This document shows, piece after piece, positions 1 to 10,521 of a stretch of DNA of 64,000 nt. A program made the translations under genes and the position numbers. The number at the start of each line of letters is the position of its first letter. Position 1 is the stretch's first letter. This DNA is from Candidatus Lloydbacteria bacterium RIFCSPHIGHO2_02_FULL_50_18 (GTDB lineage Bacteria; Patescibacteriota; Minisyncoccia; Phycocordibacterales; UBA6899): the NCBI GenBank assembly GCA_001821395.1, contig MHLM01000012.1:64001-128000 (forward strand), written 5' to 3'. A model generated the notes under the pieces. That model did not search any database. It had not been told where the DNA came from and saw nothing but the letters and a program-made list of their open reading frames with translations.

Positions 1-1254
1 AGTTTCGTTCCCGCGATCAGTATCATCGATGTGACCAACGCATCGGGAATGCTGCAGATCATTGATGCTCCCCCCGATGTAAAATCATATGAGATCACCG
101 TGAGTAAGTCCGGATATTCTTCAGAGCAAACGTATGGACCACCCGTGATCAATCCTGTGAAACCTCACGCAACGGTCATTGCACAGACGGTAACACAGCT
201 TACTTTTGCGATCGATCGTATCGCGACGCTCAACATCTCAAGCGTATCTCCATCCTGTGTTCCTATTACTAATGCACAATTTGAGCTTACCGGATCAAAG
301 CAGGTATCCTCGCCACCCGGCAAGCCAAAGCACGATAAATTTTTTAGTACTGATGCCTCCGGGCTTAACGTGCTCAATGATATTGAGTGGGATTCGTATG
401 TTCTGACCGCTACTTCTGCTGCGTATGAGATGGCCGGAGTAACTCCACTTTTTCCATTTGCTGTCGTTGCAGGCTCAGTTCAAGACATACAACTCGTTAT
501 GGTTCCGAAGGATACTCCCTCTGTCGTGGTGACAGTGATAGATTCGGGGACGGGACTTCCTATCACGGGAGCCACTGTCACAATAGACGATGGCGTTCAT
601 CCCGCCATGGTGGAGACGACCGGACGAGGGTACATACGCCAGACTGATTGGTCCGGAGGAGGAGCACAAGAGGCAGATGTCGATCAGACGCAATATTGGG
701 CACATGATGGGAACGTCGACCCGCTCACTACCCCCGGGGAGGTACGGCTTAAGGATATCCTTGGTTCGTATCCTTTGAATGGTTATCTTGAGTCATCGAC
801 ATTTGATACGGGAGCGCCGGCGAATTTTTTCCAATTTACTTTTCAGCCGACCGTACAACCGACAGACCCGATAGTAGGGGATTCAAAGGCGGAGTTTCAG
901 ATCGCCACCGGGAATGCTACTTCATCCTGGACATATCTTGGACCGGATGGAACTCCAGATACTTTTTATACATCAACGACAACGGACATTGCGGCTGCAA
1001 ATGATGGAAAGCGGTATTTGCGCTACAAGATGTTTCTTGGTACTGCTTCGACAACACTCACTCCGAGTATTTCAGATATTCAGTTCACCTTCACTTCGTC
1101 TTGTGTCCCTCCAGGGCAGGTCATCTTTCATGGACTGGCGAATGGAGTTGCTGCGCTCTCTGTTGCTGCCTTGGGATATACCGCAGATTCAAGCACTGTG
1201 GTCGTTGATTCGGCTACTCCATGGCAAGAAGTAGTAGTAACTCTTTCCCCTTAA
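1..1254 (+). CDS. Ser/Thr-rich hypothetical surface protein, 5'-partial (frame open to window start); heads a minor-pilin cluster
   Basis: Frame 1 open from nt 1; 407-aa ORF ends 1254; T/S-rich, low complexity; followed by prepilin-type genes. Confidence 0.45.
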   Translation, partial: SFVPAISIIDVTNASGMLQIIDAPPDVKSYEITVSKSGYSSEQTYGPPVINPVKPHATVIAQTVTQLTFAIDRIATLNISSVSPSCVPITNAQFELTGSKQVSSPPGKPKHDKFFSTDASGLNVLNDIEWDSYVLTATSAAYEMAGVTPLFPFAVVAGSVQDIQLVMVPKDTPSVVVTVIDSGTGLPITGATVTIDDGVHPAMVETTGRGYIRQTDWSGGGAQEADVDQTQYWAHDGNVDPLTTPGEVRLKDILGSYPLNGYLESSTFDTGAPANFFQFTFQPTVQPTDPIVGDSKAEFQIATGNATSSWTYLGPDGTPDTFYTSTTTDIAAANDGKRYLRYKMFLGTASTTLTPSISDIQFTFTSSCVPPGQVIFHGLANGVAALSVAALGYTADSSTVVVDSATPWQEVVVTLSP

Positions 1255-1316
1255 GAACCTCGCTTTTGGGGTATAATGATGCCATATATGATGTCCGCTT
1301 TCCGGTCGCATATTCC

Positions 1317-1979
1317 ATGCTCATGAAATTTACAATACTCAGAACATCTATTACGTCTTATGGGTTTACGCTCATTGAGGCAATCGTTGCAATAGGGATC
1401 ATGACCTTGATCGGTGGAGGTATTGTCGCCTTTCAAAAAAGTGTCATAGTAAATTCAAAAGTGCTTCAAGGTACACTAGTCTCTCAGCAACAGGTCCGGA
1501 AAACCTTCTCAACCTTTTCTGCCGAGCTTCGTTCAGCGAGTCCCTCGGTAAATGGCTCTTACGCGATCGAATCAGTGAGCACTTCGTCGATCGTTTTCTA
1601 TTCAAATATTGATAATGATGCAACGGTCGAACGTGTGCGTTATTTTTACGCTACATCAACAATAGGGAGCACTGTGCTCAATGTGTTGAAAAAGGGTGTC
1701 ACAAGACCGATCGGCGCTGTCTACACCACTGCGCCTGAGACGATCACCACAATTGTTTATGACGTAAAAAATTCTTCCACTACTCCAATTTTTACCTATT
1801 TTGATTCTGCGTATAGCGGGGTCGCCTCCTCGACTGCTCCACTCGCACAACCTGTTCCGATCGCTGAGGTTCGTCTCGTTAAAATGTCACTCGCTATCGA
1901 CCCGAATGCGTCACGGTCGCCCATTTATCAGACCTATGAGACGCAGGTATCCATCCGCAACCTTAAGGACAATCTATGA
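1317..1979 (+). CDS. prepilin-type N-terminal cleavage/methylation domain protein (minor pilin/pseudopilin)
   Basis: Internal Met followed by short leader then G|FTLIEAIVAIGIM hydrophobic segment (class III signal motif) in ORF 1221..1979. Confidence 0.7.
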   Translation: MLMKFTILRTSITSYGFTLIEAIVAIGIMTLIGGGIVAFQKSVIVNSKVLQGTLVSQQQVRKTFSTFSAELRSASPSVNGSYAIESVSTSSIVFYSNIDNDATVERVRYFYATSTIGSTVLNVLKKGVTRPIGAVYTTAPETITTIVYDVKNSSTTPIFTYFDSAYSGVASSTAPLAQPVPIAEVRLVKMSLAIDPNASRSPIYQTYETQVSIRNLKDNL

Positions 1980-3448
1980 AAAAAAACTTTGCGCGCATCT
2001 CTTTTTCTCGCGGTGGCATATTGATCCAGGTCATTGCATTTATGTCCATCGGCATGGTCATCCTTTCGGGGTTCGTCGGTTGGGGAATCATGTCCTCTCG
2101 TGTTGCACGGCACACTGAGGCGCGTGAGCAGGTCTTTGAGATTGCCGAGTCGGGCATCGATTATTACCGTTGGCACTTGGCGCACGCTGATACTGATTAT
2201 CAAGATGGCACTGGGGTGGCAGGTCCTTATGTTCATGATTTTAATGATAAGAATGGAGTCAAGATCGGGACATTCACACTCGATATCACTGCACCCCCAA
2301 CAGGTTCAACGCTGGTCGTCGTGAAGTCAACCGGGGCATTGCTTTCTGATCCGACAATGACACGGACAATCCAAGCTAAATTTGCTAAACCATCCTTCGC
2401 GAAGTATGCACTCGTGACCGATTCCGATGTGTGGGAGGACGCTGTGGAGATATTTGGCCCCTACCATTCAAATGGCGGAGTGCACTTTAGTAACGTCGTC
2501 GCGCACAATGTCGTGACCAGTGCACAAAGAAATTACATTGATCCGGATTTTGGGGGAAATCGTTGGGGTGTTTACACGAGTAAATCTATTGTCGGATATC
2601 CCACCGGAGATCCAAATTATCCGAGCGCATACCCTGTTCGCAATGATGTCTTTGTTGCCGGCCGTACTATTAGCGTGCCGGCGGTTGATTTTGCCGGCAT
2701 GATGTCGGATCTGTCGACGATCAGAACGAATGCACAGACGAGTGGCCGTTATTATGCGCCATCGGGTGCTTTCGGGTATCATATCAAGCTCAAGAATACT
2801 GATAAGTTCGATATCTGGACAGTTACAGCAAAAACTCCTTCACCGAATGGCAGCTGTAAGAGTAACTATTTATCGCAAGACACGCATGGCGGCATGTGGA
2901 GTATTTCGGCTGAGACCGTCCTCGCGTCAAATGTGGATGTACCAACAAATGGACTCATCTTTACTGAAGACGATGTGTGGGTCGAAGGACTGATCGATAC
3001 TGCGCGTGTAACGGTCGCAGCAGCGCGATTTCCCGATAATGCGGCAAATCGAGCAAGCATTATTGTGAATAATGATCTGCTCTATACGAGTACGACAACG
3101 GGAACGGACGTTATTGGGCTTATCGCACAGGGCTATCTGCGTGTTGGCTATGCAAGCGCGGATGACCTTGAGATCGATGCGGCCCTTATCGCACAATCGG
3201 GCGCAATTTGGAGAGATTTTTACTATCAACCTAATTGTGGGGCCTCATCGAAGCGTACGAAGATCACGACGTTTGGTTCATTGATCAGCAATCAGCGATA
3301 CACTTTTTCTTGGTCCTGCGGTGCCAGTTGTACTTCCGGGTATGCGACACAGGTTTCCAATTACGATGTGAATTTGCTTTACGCTCCTCCTCCATCGTTT
3401 CCGCTCACTACCGACAAATATCAGGTGCTCTCCTGGGATGAGATTTAA
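1976..3448 (+). CDS. PilX-like type IV pilus minor pilin/assembly protein
   Basis: N-terminus RGGILIQVIAFMSIGMVILSG resembles PilX_N; 4-nt overlap with upstream pilin gene. Confidence 0.55.
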   Translation: MKKNFARISFSRGGILIQVIAFMSIGMVILSGFVGWGIMSSRVARHTEAREQVFEIAESGIDYYRWHLAHADTDYQDGTGVAGPYVHDFNDKNGVKIGTFTLDITAPPTGSTLVVVKSTGALLSDPTMTRTIQAKFAKPSFAKYALVTDSDVWEDAVEIFGPYHSNGGVHFSNVVAHNVVTSAQRNYIDPDFGGNRWGVYTSKSIVGYPTGDPNYPSAYPVRNDVFVAGRTISVPAVDFAGMMSDLSTIRTNAQTSGRYYAPSGAFGYHIKLKNTDKFDIWTVTAKTPSPNGSCKSNYLSQDTHGGMWSISAETVLASNVDVPTNGLIFTEDDVWVEGLIDTARVTVAAARFPDNAANRASIIVNNDLLYTSTTTGTDVIGLIAQGYLRVGYASADDLEIDAALIAQSGAIWRDFYYQPNCGASSKRTKITTFGSLISNQRYTFSWSCGASCTSGYATQVSNYDVNLLYAPPPSFPLTTDKYQVLSWDEI

Positions 3449-3533
3449 AAATAGATGATGCGCAATATTTGATGGAAGGAGTATCTCTTACTCTCTGGTT
3501 ATCCGGGCTCATTATCGGTTATAATGTTTAACA

Positions 3534-4292
3534 ATGAAATTCATCATTGGAAATTGGAAGATGTTTCCCGCTTCACCCTCCGAGGCAAAGACGATATTTA
3601 GTGGGATCAAGAAGAGCATGAGGGGTGTGACGCATGCGAAAGTGATCATCTGCCCGCCTTCACTGTATGTGGCGCAACTCGCCCTACTTGCCGCAAAAAC
3701 AAAGATCCAGATTGGCGGACAAAATTGCTTTAAGGAAGATGAGGGTGCCTATACTGGCGAGACGTCGCCAAGGGCATTGCGCGCGGTTGGTGCGACGCAT
3801 GTCATTCTTGGTCATTCGGAGCGGAGAGCAATGGGTGAGACGGACTCGGACATTTCGGAAAAGATGTCCGCAGTGATCCGAAATAAACTGACCGTTATCC
3901 TTTGCGTTGGAGAAAAGGCGCGTGATGAACACGGCGGATATTTCAACGAGGTGAGCACAGAGCTGCGCTCTTCTTTGCTCGCGTTTCCCAAGAATGAAGC
4001 GAAACGACTGATCGTAGCGTATGAGCCGATATGGGCGATCGGATCAAGGGCGAAGCGCGTTGCGACCCCCGCGGACTTTCGAGAGATGAGTATCTTGATT
4101 CGCAGAACCCTGACCGAATATTTTGGGAAAAAAGATGCCTTTGCCGTCCCGATACTCTACGGCGGTTCGGTCGATGATCATAATGCTGAGGGTTTTTTGA
4201 AAGAGGGCGGAGCAGACGGGCTGCTTATCGGACGAGTCAGTCTTGACCCCGAGAAGCTTGGCATGATCATCCGCAGTGCGAATACTATTTAA
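3534..4292 (+). CDS. tpiA: triosephosphate isomerase
   Basis: GNWKM N-terminal motif, ILGHSERR signature, 252 aa. Confidence 0.9.
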   Translation: MKFIIGNWKMFPASPSEAKTIFSGIKKSMRGVTHAKVIICPPSLYVAQLALLAAKTKIQIGGQNCFKEDEGAYTGETSPRALRAVGATHVILGHSERRAMGETDSDISEKMSAVIRNKLTVILCVGEKARDEHGGYFNEVSTELRSSLLAFPKNEAKRLIVAYEPIWAIGSRAKRVATPADFREMSILIRRTLTEYFGKKDAFAVPILYGGSVDDHNAEGFLKEGGADGLLIGRVSLDPEKLGMIIRSANTI

Positions 4293-4301
4293 TTTACCAC
4301 T

Positions 4302-5435
4302 ATGATCATTCTTCCTCATGTGACCGATGCATCCGACCTTTCAGGAAAACGCGTTCTCCTGCGTCTCGATCTCAATGTCCCGATCGAAGGCGGCGAGATC
4401 CGCGATCCGTATCGCATTGAAAAATCACTGCAGACGCTGAATTATTTGCGGGCACAGAACGCACGCATCGTGATCATCAGTCACATCGGAAAAGGCGACC
4501 CGGAAGACACGCTCGCTCCGGTCGCCAGATATCTGAATACAAAGTTCCCCACCACGTTTCTTTCCCGGCTTGAAAGTTCTGAAAATGAACGGCTGACCAA
4601 GGAAATGGAGGACGGTGACGTTGTCATCGTTGAGAATCTTCGGCACAGCAAGGGAGAAGAAAAAAATGACTCGCAGTTTGCGGCATATTTAGCGACCCTT
4701 GGAGACGTGTACGTGAATGATGCCTTTTCTGTGTCCCATCGTGCCCACGCTTCAGTGGTGGGGGTTCCCGCTTTGCTTCCGCATTATGCGGGGATACAAA
4801 TACGTGAAGAGGTCGAAAGAATCGCAGTCGCTTTTAAACCCGCGCGTCCATTCTTGTTCATTGTTGGTGGCGCAAAGATCTCGACAAAGATGCCTCTCCT
4901 CAAAAAATTCATTGGTATTGCTGACCATATTTTTGTCGGTGGTGCTAATGTGAACAACCTGCTCAAGTCAAAGGGGTATGAGATCGGTACATCAGTATAT
5001 GACAAAGATGTGGACGGCGACCTTACGGAGCTCCTCGAAAGTAACCGCTTGATCCTGCCGATCGATGTTGTGGTAAAGAATGATGCGGGGTCCGAGGTTC
5101 GCCCCGTCAATCAGGTGAATTCGGGAGACATGATCGTCGATATCGGTCCGGAGACGATCAAGTATCTGGAGGGAGTCGTTGGGTCTGCACAGCTTATCGT
5201 TTGGAATGGGCCTCTCGGATTTTACGAGCAAGGTTTTACTGAGGCAACCAGAGAGCTCATCTCCCTCGTTTCCGGAAGTCGCGCGACTTCTCTCGTTGGC
5301 GGAGGCGATACGGTCGCCCTTATTGATGAAATGGGCGCAATTGATAATTTTTCATTCGTCTCTACCGGAGGTGGTGCAATGCTCGACTTTCTCGCGAACG
5401 AAACATTACCGGGAATCGAGGCATTGCAAAAGTAA
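4302..5435 (+). CDS. pgk: phosphoglycerate kinase
   Basis: RVLLRLDLNVP N-terminal motif, 377 aa, directly downstream of tpiA. Confidence 0.9.
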   Translation: MIILPHVTDASDLSGKRVLLRLDLNVPIEGGEIRDPYRIEKSLQTLNYLRAQNARIVIISHIGKGDPEDTLAPVARYLNTKFPTTFLSRLESSENERLTKEMEDGDVVIVENLRHSKGEEKNDSQFAAYLATLGDVYVNDAFSVSHRAHASVVGVPALLPHYAGIQIREEVERIAVAFKPARPFLFIVGGAKISTKMPLLKKFIGIADHIFVGGANVNNLLKSKGYEIGTSVYDKDVDGDLTELLESNRLILPIDVVVKNDAGSEVRPVNQVNSGDMIVDIGPETIKYLEGVVGSAQLIVWNGPLGFYEQGFTEATRELISLVSGSRATSLVGGGDTVALIDEMGAIDNFSFVSTGGGAMLDFLANETLPGIEALQK

Positions 5436-5556
5436 TACTTGGCCGGACTTTTGTCTGCAGTAAGGGCACCCGAAGAAGCTTCGAGTGTCTTTACATTTGT
5501 GATAAAACGCTATAGTTTTAGCGAGGATGTAAGATTGATTTTTAAAGGAGCGAATA

Positions 5557-6768
5557 ATGCATGATCATGGTCTTGGAATAAATACTCCGATCTACCCTTC
5601 CGTGACTTTTGGGGTAAGCGACCCGGGTAAACCGGCGGAGTATTTCGCAAACGGTATTCCCGAAGGCAAATATTTGTATGGACGCTTTGGGCACCCCAAC
5701 TATGCTGATTTACGCGAGCGTTTGTCACTCATAGAGGGCGGCGAAGATGCACTCCTCTTTGGGAGTGGCATTGCGGCGACGTTTACGCTCTTTTTTGCGA
5801 TGCTTGCTGTTGGTGATCATATTGTTGTATCGAGCCGTATCTACGGCGGCACACGCGGACAGCTTGCTATGCTTGCAGACAAACTTCATCTTAAGGTGAG
5901 TGTGGTCGACATACTCGACATGAATGCAGTGCGTAAGGCATGTACCAAAAACACCAAGTTGTTGTTTGTTGAAGCGCAATCGAATCCTGAGGTCGTGTTT
6001 GCTGACATTCCCAAACTCGCATCTATTTGTCACACTGAAAAAAGAAAAATTCTTTTGGTGGTGGACAACACGTTCACCATACTTGTTGTGCGCCCACTTG
6101 CACTTGGTGCCGACGTGGTGATGCATAGCCTGACGAAATATGTGAATGGGCGCTCTGATGCGATGGGCGGTGCATTGATAGGCAAAAAGGAACTGCTGCA
6201 GAGTATTGCACACCCGGGAACCGGCGAAGCGTCGCTCATTGGCGCGTTGCTCCATCCGCCGGTAGCGCAGGAAATGGCCGAGCGGCTCTATCAGATCGAA
6301 GATCGGGTACGCGAAGCCGGTGTGAGGGCGAAGTATCTTGCAGAACGCTTCCGTGCACGCGGACTTTCGGTGCATTATCCGACTTCGTGCCCCATGAAGC
6401 ATCGACATTTCGGAGATGACCGGGAGTCATGTTACGGCGGTGTATTTTCGGTCCATTTTCCTTCCGTAGAGGAAGGTGTGCGCTTCGTTGATCTTGCCTG
6501 CGCCGAGATGCTTGATGACCCGATGCTCGGAAAATATCCGCTCTCAACCCCTATGGTTTCATTGGGGAGTGCGCATACGTACGTATGGTGCGCCACCGAA
6601 GCATATGTGCAAAGCACGGTGACAAAGTGGAAATCGCTTCCATTTTCACGGGTGCCGTTCGGCTCAGTGCGCATCGCCGTCGGCTATGCGGGTGACAGGA
6701 CCCTCATGCTTAATGGTTTCGATAAGGTGCTTTATGAATTGGGTTATTTTCGATCAAAAGCTCATTAA
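5557..6768 (+). CDS. PLP-dependent Cys/Met metabolism enzyme (cystathionine gamma-synthase/beta-lyase/methionine gamma-lyase family)
   Basis: HSLTKYVNGRSD PLP-lysine motif, VVDNTF, 403 aa. Confidence 0.75.
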   Translation: MHDHGLGINTPIYPSVTFGVSDPGKPAEYFANGIPEGKYLYGRFGHPNYADLRERLSLIEGGEDALLFGSGIAATFTLFFAMLAVGDHIVVSSRIYGGTRGQLAMLADKLHLKVSVVDILDMNAVRKACTKNTKLLFVEAQSNPEVVFADIPKLASICHTEKRKILLVVDNTFTILVVRPLALGADVVMHSLTKYVNGRSDAMGGALIGKKELLQSIAHPGTGEASLIGALLHPPVAQEMAERLYQIEDRVREAGVRAKYLAERFRARGLSVHYPTSCPMKHRHFGDDRESCYGGVFSVHFPSVEEGVRFVDLACAEMLDDPMLGKYPLSTPMVSLGSAHTYVWCATEAYVQSTVTKWKSLPFSRVPFGSVRIAVGYAGDRTLMLNGFDKVLYELGYFRSKAH

Positions 6769-6812
6769 AAGAACATCCCCACATAATGTGGGGATTTTTT
6801 ATCACCGCTCGG

Positions 6813-7226
6813 TCATTTGAATTCCTGCGTGATGATATCTTTGATGGTCTCAATTTCTCCGGTCTGATACGGATTTCCATGCCAGTGTGCGTGCCCGTCA
6901 TCATTGAATCGAGGAATGATGTGCGCGTGCAGATGAAAGACCAGTTGCCCCGCGGCAGTTTCATTGTTGATCCCGATATTGATCCCGTCAGCAGCGACCG
7001 CCTGTTTTATTTTTGGAGCAAGGATACGTACAGTGTCCATGACATGTTGGAATACCGACTGAGGTACCGTGTAGATATTTTGATGATGTTCCTTTGGTAC
7101 GACAAGCGTATGCCCGCGGTTGATCGGATGGATGTCAAGAAATGCAAAAGTAAACTCATCCTCATAGATCTTTAGCGATGGAACCTCGCCGTTCACGATC
7201 TTGCAAAAAAGGCAATCGGTTTCCAT
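6813..7226 (-). CDS. HIT family (histidine triad) hydrolase
   Basis: HLHAHIIPR histidine triad, CLFCKI N-terminus. Confidence 0.85.
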   Translation of the reverse strand: METDCLFCKIVNGEVPSLKIYEDEFTFAFLDIHPINRGHTLVVPKEHHQNIYTVPQSVFQHVMDTVRILAPKIKQAVAADGINIGINNETAAGQLVFHLHAHIIPRFNDDGHAHWHGNPYQTGEIETIKDIITQEFK

Positions 7227-7229
7227 ATG

Positions 7230-7568
7230 CTAAAATACTGATTTTACTCTGTTTATAGTAAGATATTTTCCGAGTACATCGTGGATATGCTTGAGTTTTG
7301 CGGAGCTGTATTTGAAGCGCTTGTTGTTTGCTGCGTCCTTTTCAATATCGGCAACTTCTGCGGGCGACACCTGGGCCCAACCGTACCGCATGTCATTCGG
7401 GGTATCGGGATCCATCGCATCGTCGAGGTCTTCCATGATCTCGTCGACCTCGAAAGAGGTTAATTTATCGGCTGAATGCCCGAAGGGAGCATTTGCTAGC
7501 TCTCCGCGAATAAAATGCAGCTCTTCTTTTGTGATCCCGTTCGGTCGTATCGGTCCAAATAGTGACAT
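7230..7568 (-). CDS. hypothetical protein
   Basis: 112-aa ORF 4 nt downstream of HIT gene on same strand; no recognisable motif. Confidence 0.4.
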   Translation of the reverse strand: MSLFGPIRPNGITKEELHFIRGELANAPFGHSADKLTSFEVDEIMEDLDDAMDPDTPNDMRYGWAQVSPAEVADIEKDAANNKRFKYSSAKLKHIHDVLGKYLTINRVKSVF

Positions 7569-7659
7569 AGTAAATGCGTAAGCGAATATACCTATAGTAT
7601 ATACGGTGTAACGTTCATCGGGTAGGTCAACTTGGGTTTTCTGCTTTCATGGTGTTACT

Positions 7660-9336
7660 ATGCCTCCTATGAATGACCTTTCCTGCTTGCACCCGCTCAC
7701 ACATCTGCTTTTAGAAAATCGACAGATCATTGACCCCTTGGAAAAACAACGATTTCTTTTTCCTGATTATGAACGGGACGGTAATGATCCCTTCCTCATG
7801 CTGAACATGGAGCGCGCAGTCGACCGCATTTTTCTTGCGATGACAAATAATGAAACGATCATGATCTATGGAGATTATGATTGCGACGGCATTCCCGGTT
7901 CGGTGCTTTTGCATGATCTTTTTAAAAAGATCGGGTACGCACCTGTTCAAAATTATATTCCGCACCGCCATCTTGAGGGATATGGGTTGAACAAGGAAGC
8001 GGTTACGCAGTTCGCAAAAGACGGCATCGCGCTCGTCATTACGGTTGATTGCGGCATCACCGACGTGGAAGAGGTTGCACTCGCGAATGAATTAGGTGTC
8101 GACGTGATCGTGACCGATCACCATCTTCCTCAGGTGATACTCCCACCCGCTTATACGATATTGAATTCGAAGCAAGTTGATGATACCTACCCTGACAATA
8201 TGTTGTGCGGCGCCGGGGTGGCATTCAAGCTAGCACAGGCAATACTCTTGCGCGGAAAGTTTGCGCATATCGGTCAAGGCTGGGAAAAGTGGCTGCTCGA
8301 TATGGCGGGGCTCTCGACGATCACTGACATGGTACCGCTCCGTAAGGAAAATCGCATGCTCGCATATTATGGGTTGAAAGTGTTGCGTCGATCACCTCGT
8401 CCCGGCCTTCAGGCTCTGCTCAAAGATGCGGGTACACTGCAGGCACAGCTCACTGAGGAAGATGTCGGATTTACCATCGGACCACGCATCAATGCGGCCT
8501 CTCGGATGGATGTACCGTTGCGCGCCTTTGAATTACTGGCGACCAACGATGCTATTCTTGCAAAAGAACGTGCAAAGTTTTTGGGTGATCTGAATGATGA
8601 ACGGAAGAGCGAGGTTGCGCGCATGGTCAAGGAGGCAAAACATCGCCTGAAGGAGCGGGTGCTTCGCGAGGTCATCGTGATAGGGAATCCGAACTGGCGC
8701 GTCGGTGTTGTCGGTATCGTTGCGAATCAGATCGCGACGGAATATGACCGTCCGACATTCGTGTGGGGAAAGAGCGGATCGCATGACCTCAAAGGATCAT
8801 GCCGCTCGGATGGTCGGGTGAATCTCGTTGAATTGATGTGCGCCGTTGATCCTGGCATCTTTATCGATCGCGGTGGGCATGAATTTTCCGGAGGATTTTC
8901 AGTGACGCCGGAGCATATTCACACGCTTGAAGATCATCTGGTCGCGGCACATGCAACGATAGCAAAAAAAGAAAAACCGGAGCACGCATATGTGATCGAT
9001 GCTGAATTAACGATCGCAGAAGTGAATGAGCGCACGTATACCGCCATCGCACTTCTTGCCCCGTTCGGCGTTGGGAACCCCAAGCCCCATTTTTTCTTTC
9101 GGCAAGTTGTCGTGCGTGACGTCGGGTTATTCGGCAAAGAAAAAAACCATTTAAAACTCACACTTGCTGATGACGCAGGAAAGACCGCGCAAGCGATAGG
9201 ATTTTTTATGACTGCAGAAAGTTTTGTGTCGGCTGATATTCATGATGGAAAGAAAGTCGACCTTGTTGCTACATTCGAGAAATCGTACTTTCGTGGTCGT
9301 CCGGAATTGCGGCTCAGGATCGTTGATATCTCGTGA
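7660..9336 (+). CDS. recJ: single-stranded-DNA-specific exonuclease RecJ
   Basis: DHH motifs IMIYGDYDCDGI and VIVTDHHLP; DHHA1-like C-terminus; 558 aa. Confidence 0.85.
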   Translation: MPPMNDLSCLHPLTHLLLENRQIIDPLEKQRFLFPDYERDGNDPFLMLNMERAVDRIFLAMTNNETIMIYGDYDCDGIPGSVLLHDLFKKIGYAPVQNYIPHRHLEGYGLNKEAVTQFAKDGIALVITVDCGITDVEEVALANELGVDVIVTDHHLPQVILPPAYTILNSKQVDDTYPDNMLCGAGVAFKLAQAILLRGKFAHIGQGWEKWLLDMAGLSTITDMVPLRKENRMLAYYGLKVLRRSPRPGLQALLKDAGTLQAQLTEEDVGFTIGPRINAASRMDVPLRAFELLATNDAILAKERAKFLGDLNDERKSEVARMVKEAKHRLKERVLREVIVIGNPNWRVGVVGIVANQIATEYDRPTFVWGKSGSHDLKGSCRSDGRVNLVELMCAVDPGIFIDRGGHEFSGGFSVTPEHIHTLEDHLVAAHATIAKKEKPEHAYVIDAELTIAEVNERTYTAIALLAPFGVGNPKPHFFFRQVVVRDVGLFGKEKNHLKLTLADDAGKTAQAIGFFMTAESFVSADIHDGKKVDLVATFEKSYFRGRPELRLRIVDIS

Positions 9337-9349
9337 TATAGTAGTAGAC

Positions 9350-10111
9350 ATGAAAGGACCGAAACCCGATCTCGACAATAGCGCACAGCGGACACATCTC
9401 CTCTTTACCGACGGAAGTTCACTTGGTAATCCCGGCTCGGGCGGGTGGGGCGCGGTGCTCGTCATTGACGGAAACCAGGTGGTCGAGTTGGGTGGACATG
9501 AAAAACATACAACGAACAACAGCATGGAACTCCTTGCGCTCATCAAAGGGCTCGAGAGACTTTCTGAGGAATCAGGAGAAGTAACGATCTTTACTGATTC
9601 AAAATACGTACATAAGGGAGCGACGGAGTGGTCGCATGGGTGGAAGGTGCGGGGGTGGAAAACGATGGCAAAGACTGAGGTGGGGAATCGCGATCTCTGG
9701 GAGGTTGCACTCTCCCTTCTCGATGATCGAAAGAAATTTGGAACTGAAAAGTGGGTTCATGTCCCCGGGCATTCGGGTATTGTTGGAAACGAACGTTGTG
9801 ATGTGATCGCAACAGGGTTTGCAAAAGAAGAAGAGGTACCGCTTTTCCAGGGAACGCTTGGAGATTATGCGGTCGACATCTTGAATATTGCGGTTGATGA
9901 AAAGAAGTCAGAAGCACGCTCGGTTGCACGCGCGCATTCGCGTGCAAAAGCATATTCGTACCTTTCACTTGTCGGAGGCGTAGCAAAGCGTCACCTCACT
10001 TGGGGGGAATGCGAAGGACGCGTGAAGGGGAAGTCGGGAGTAAGATACAAAAAAACGCTCTCATCTTCCGATGAAAGCGCGATACTTCGCTCCTGGGGGG
10101 CCTCGCTCTAG
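9350..10111 (+). CDS. rnhA: ribonuclease HI with ~100-aa C-terminal extension
   Basis: TDGSSLGNPGSGGWGAVL and HVPGHSGIVGNERCD motifs; Met at 9350 just after recJ stop (ORF track start 9224 is an upstream extension). Confidence 0.85.
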   Translation: MKGPKPDLDNSAQRTHLLFTDGSSLGNPGSGGWGAVLVIDGNQVVELGGHEKHTTNNSMELLALIKGLERLSEESGEVTIFTDSKYVHKGATEWSHGWKVRGWKTMAKTEVGNRDLWEVALSLLDDRKKFGTEKWVHVPGHSGIVGNERCDVIATGFAKEEEVPLFQGTLGDYAVDILNIAVDEKKSEARSVARAHSRAKAYSYLSLVGGVAKRHLTWGECEGRVKGKSGVRYKKTLSSSDESAILRSWGASL

Positions 10112-10437
10112 TTGTCAAATGGTTCCTCCGCAAATGGCTGCTCTCTCGATTCTCCCTTCAGGTAGCGAACCCAACCTTTGATCGCTGACGCGACAAGGAG
10201 GTGCTCGGTTGGGGACATGTGCATACCGTCTTCACTCTGGTCGGGAATGCCCTCATTATATGCATTCACGACGATATCGCTGATCTCGCCCGTTGGCAGA
10301 GTATCAAAACAGTCTTTGCACACCGCCATAATACCGCCTTCTGGGCAGGTCGGGACTGTTTTTGGGAGGCATTGCTTGCCGTTATTTACGCTATACCACT
10401 CGTATCCACAGTGGCCACATGTACCGAATTGGGTCAT
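10108..10437 (-). CDS. Cys-rich small protein (putative zinc ribbon)
   Basis: CGHC..C..C..CKDC pattern; convergent with rnhA with 4-nt overlap. Confidence 0.45.
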   Translation of the reverse strand: MTQFGTCGHCGYEWYSVNNGKQCLPKTVPTCPEGGIMAVCKDCFDTLPTGEISDIVVNAYNEGIPDQSEDGMHMSPTEHLLVASAIKGWVRYLKGESREQPFAEEPFDN

Positions 10438-10521
10438 GATGATTACTCCTTTTGTTGATGAACTGGATGAACTACATTATATCACAAAATTACAATTACG
10501 CAAGTAACGAAAATATTAAAC

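Noticed and set aside
5725-6408. 227-aa minus-strand ORF inside the PLP-enzyme gene
   Set aside because: Antisense to a gene with clear motif support; no motif of its own
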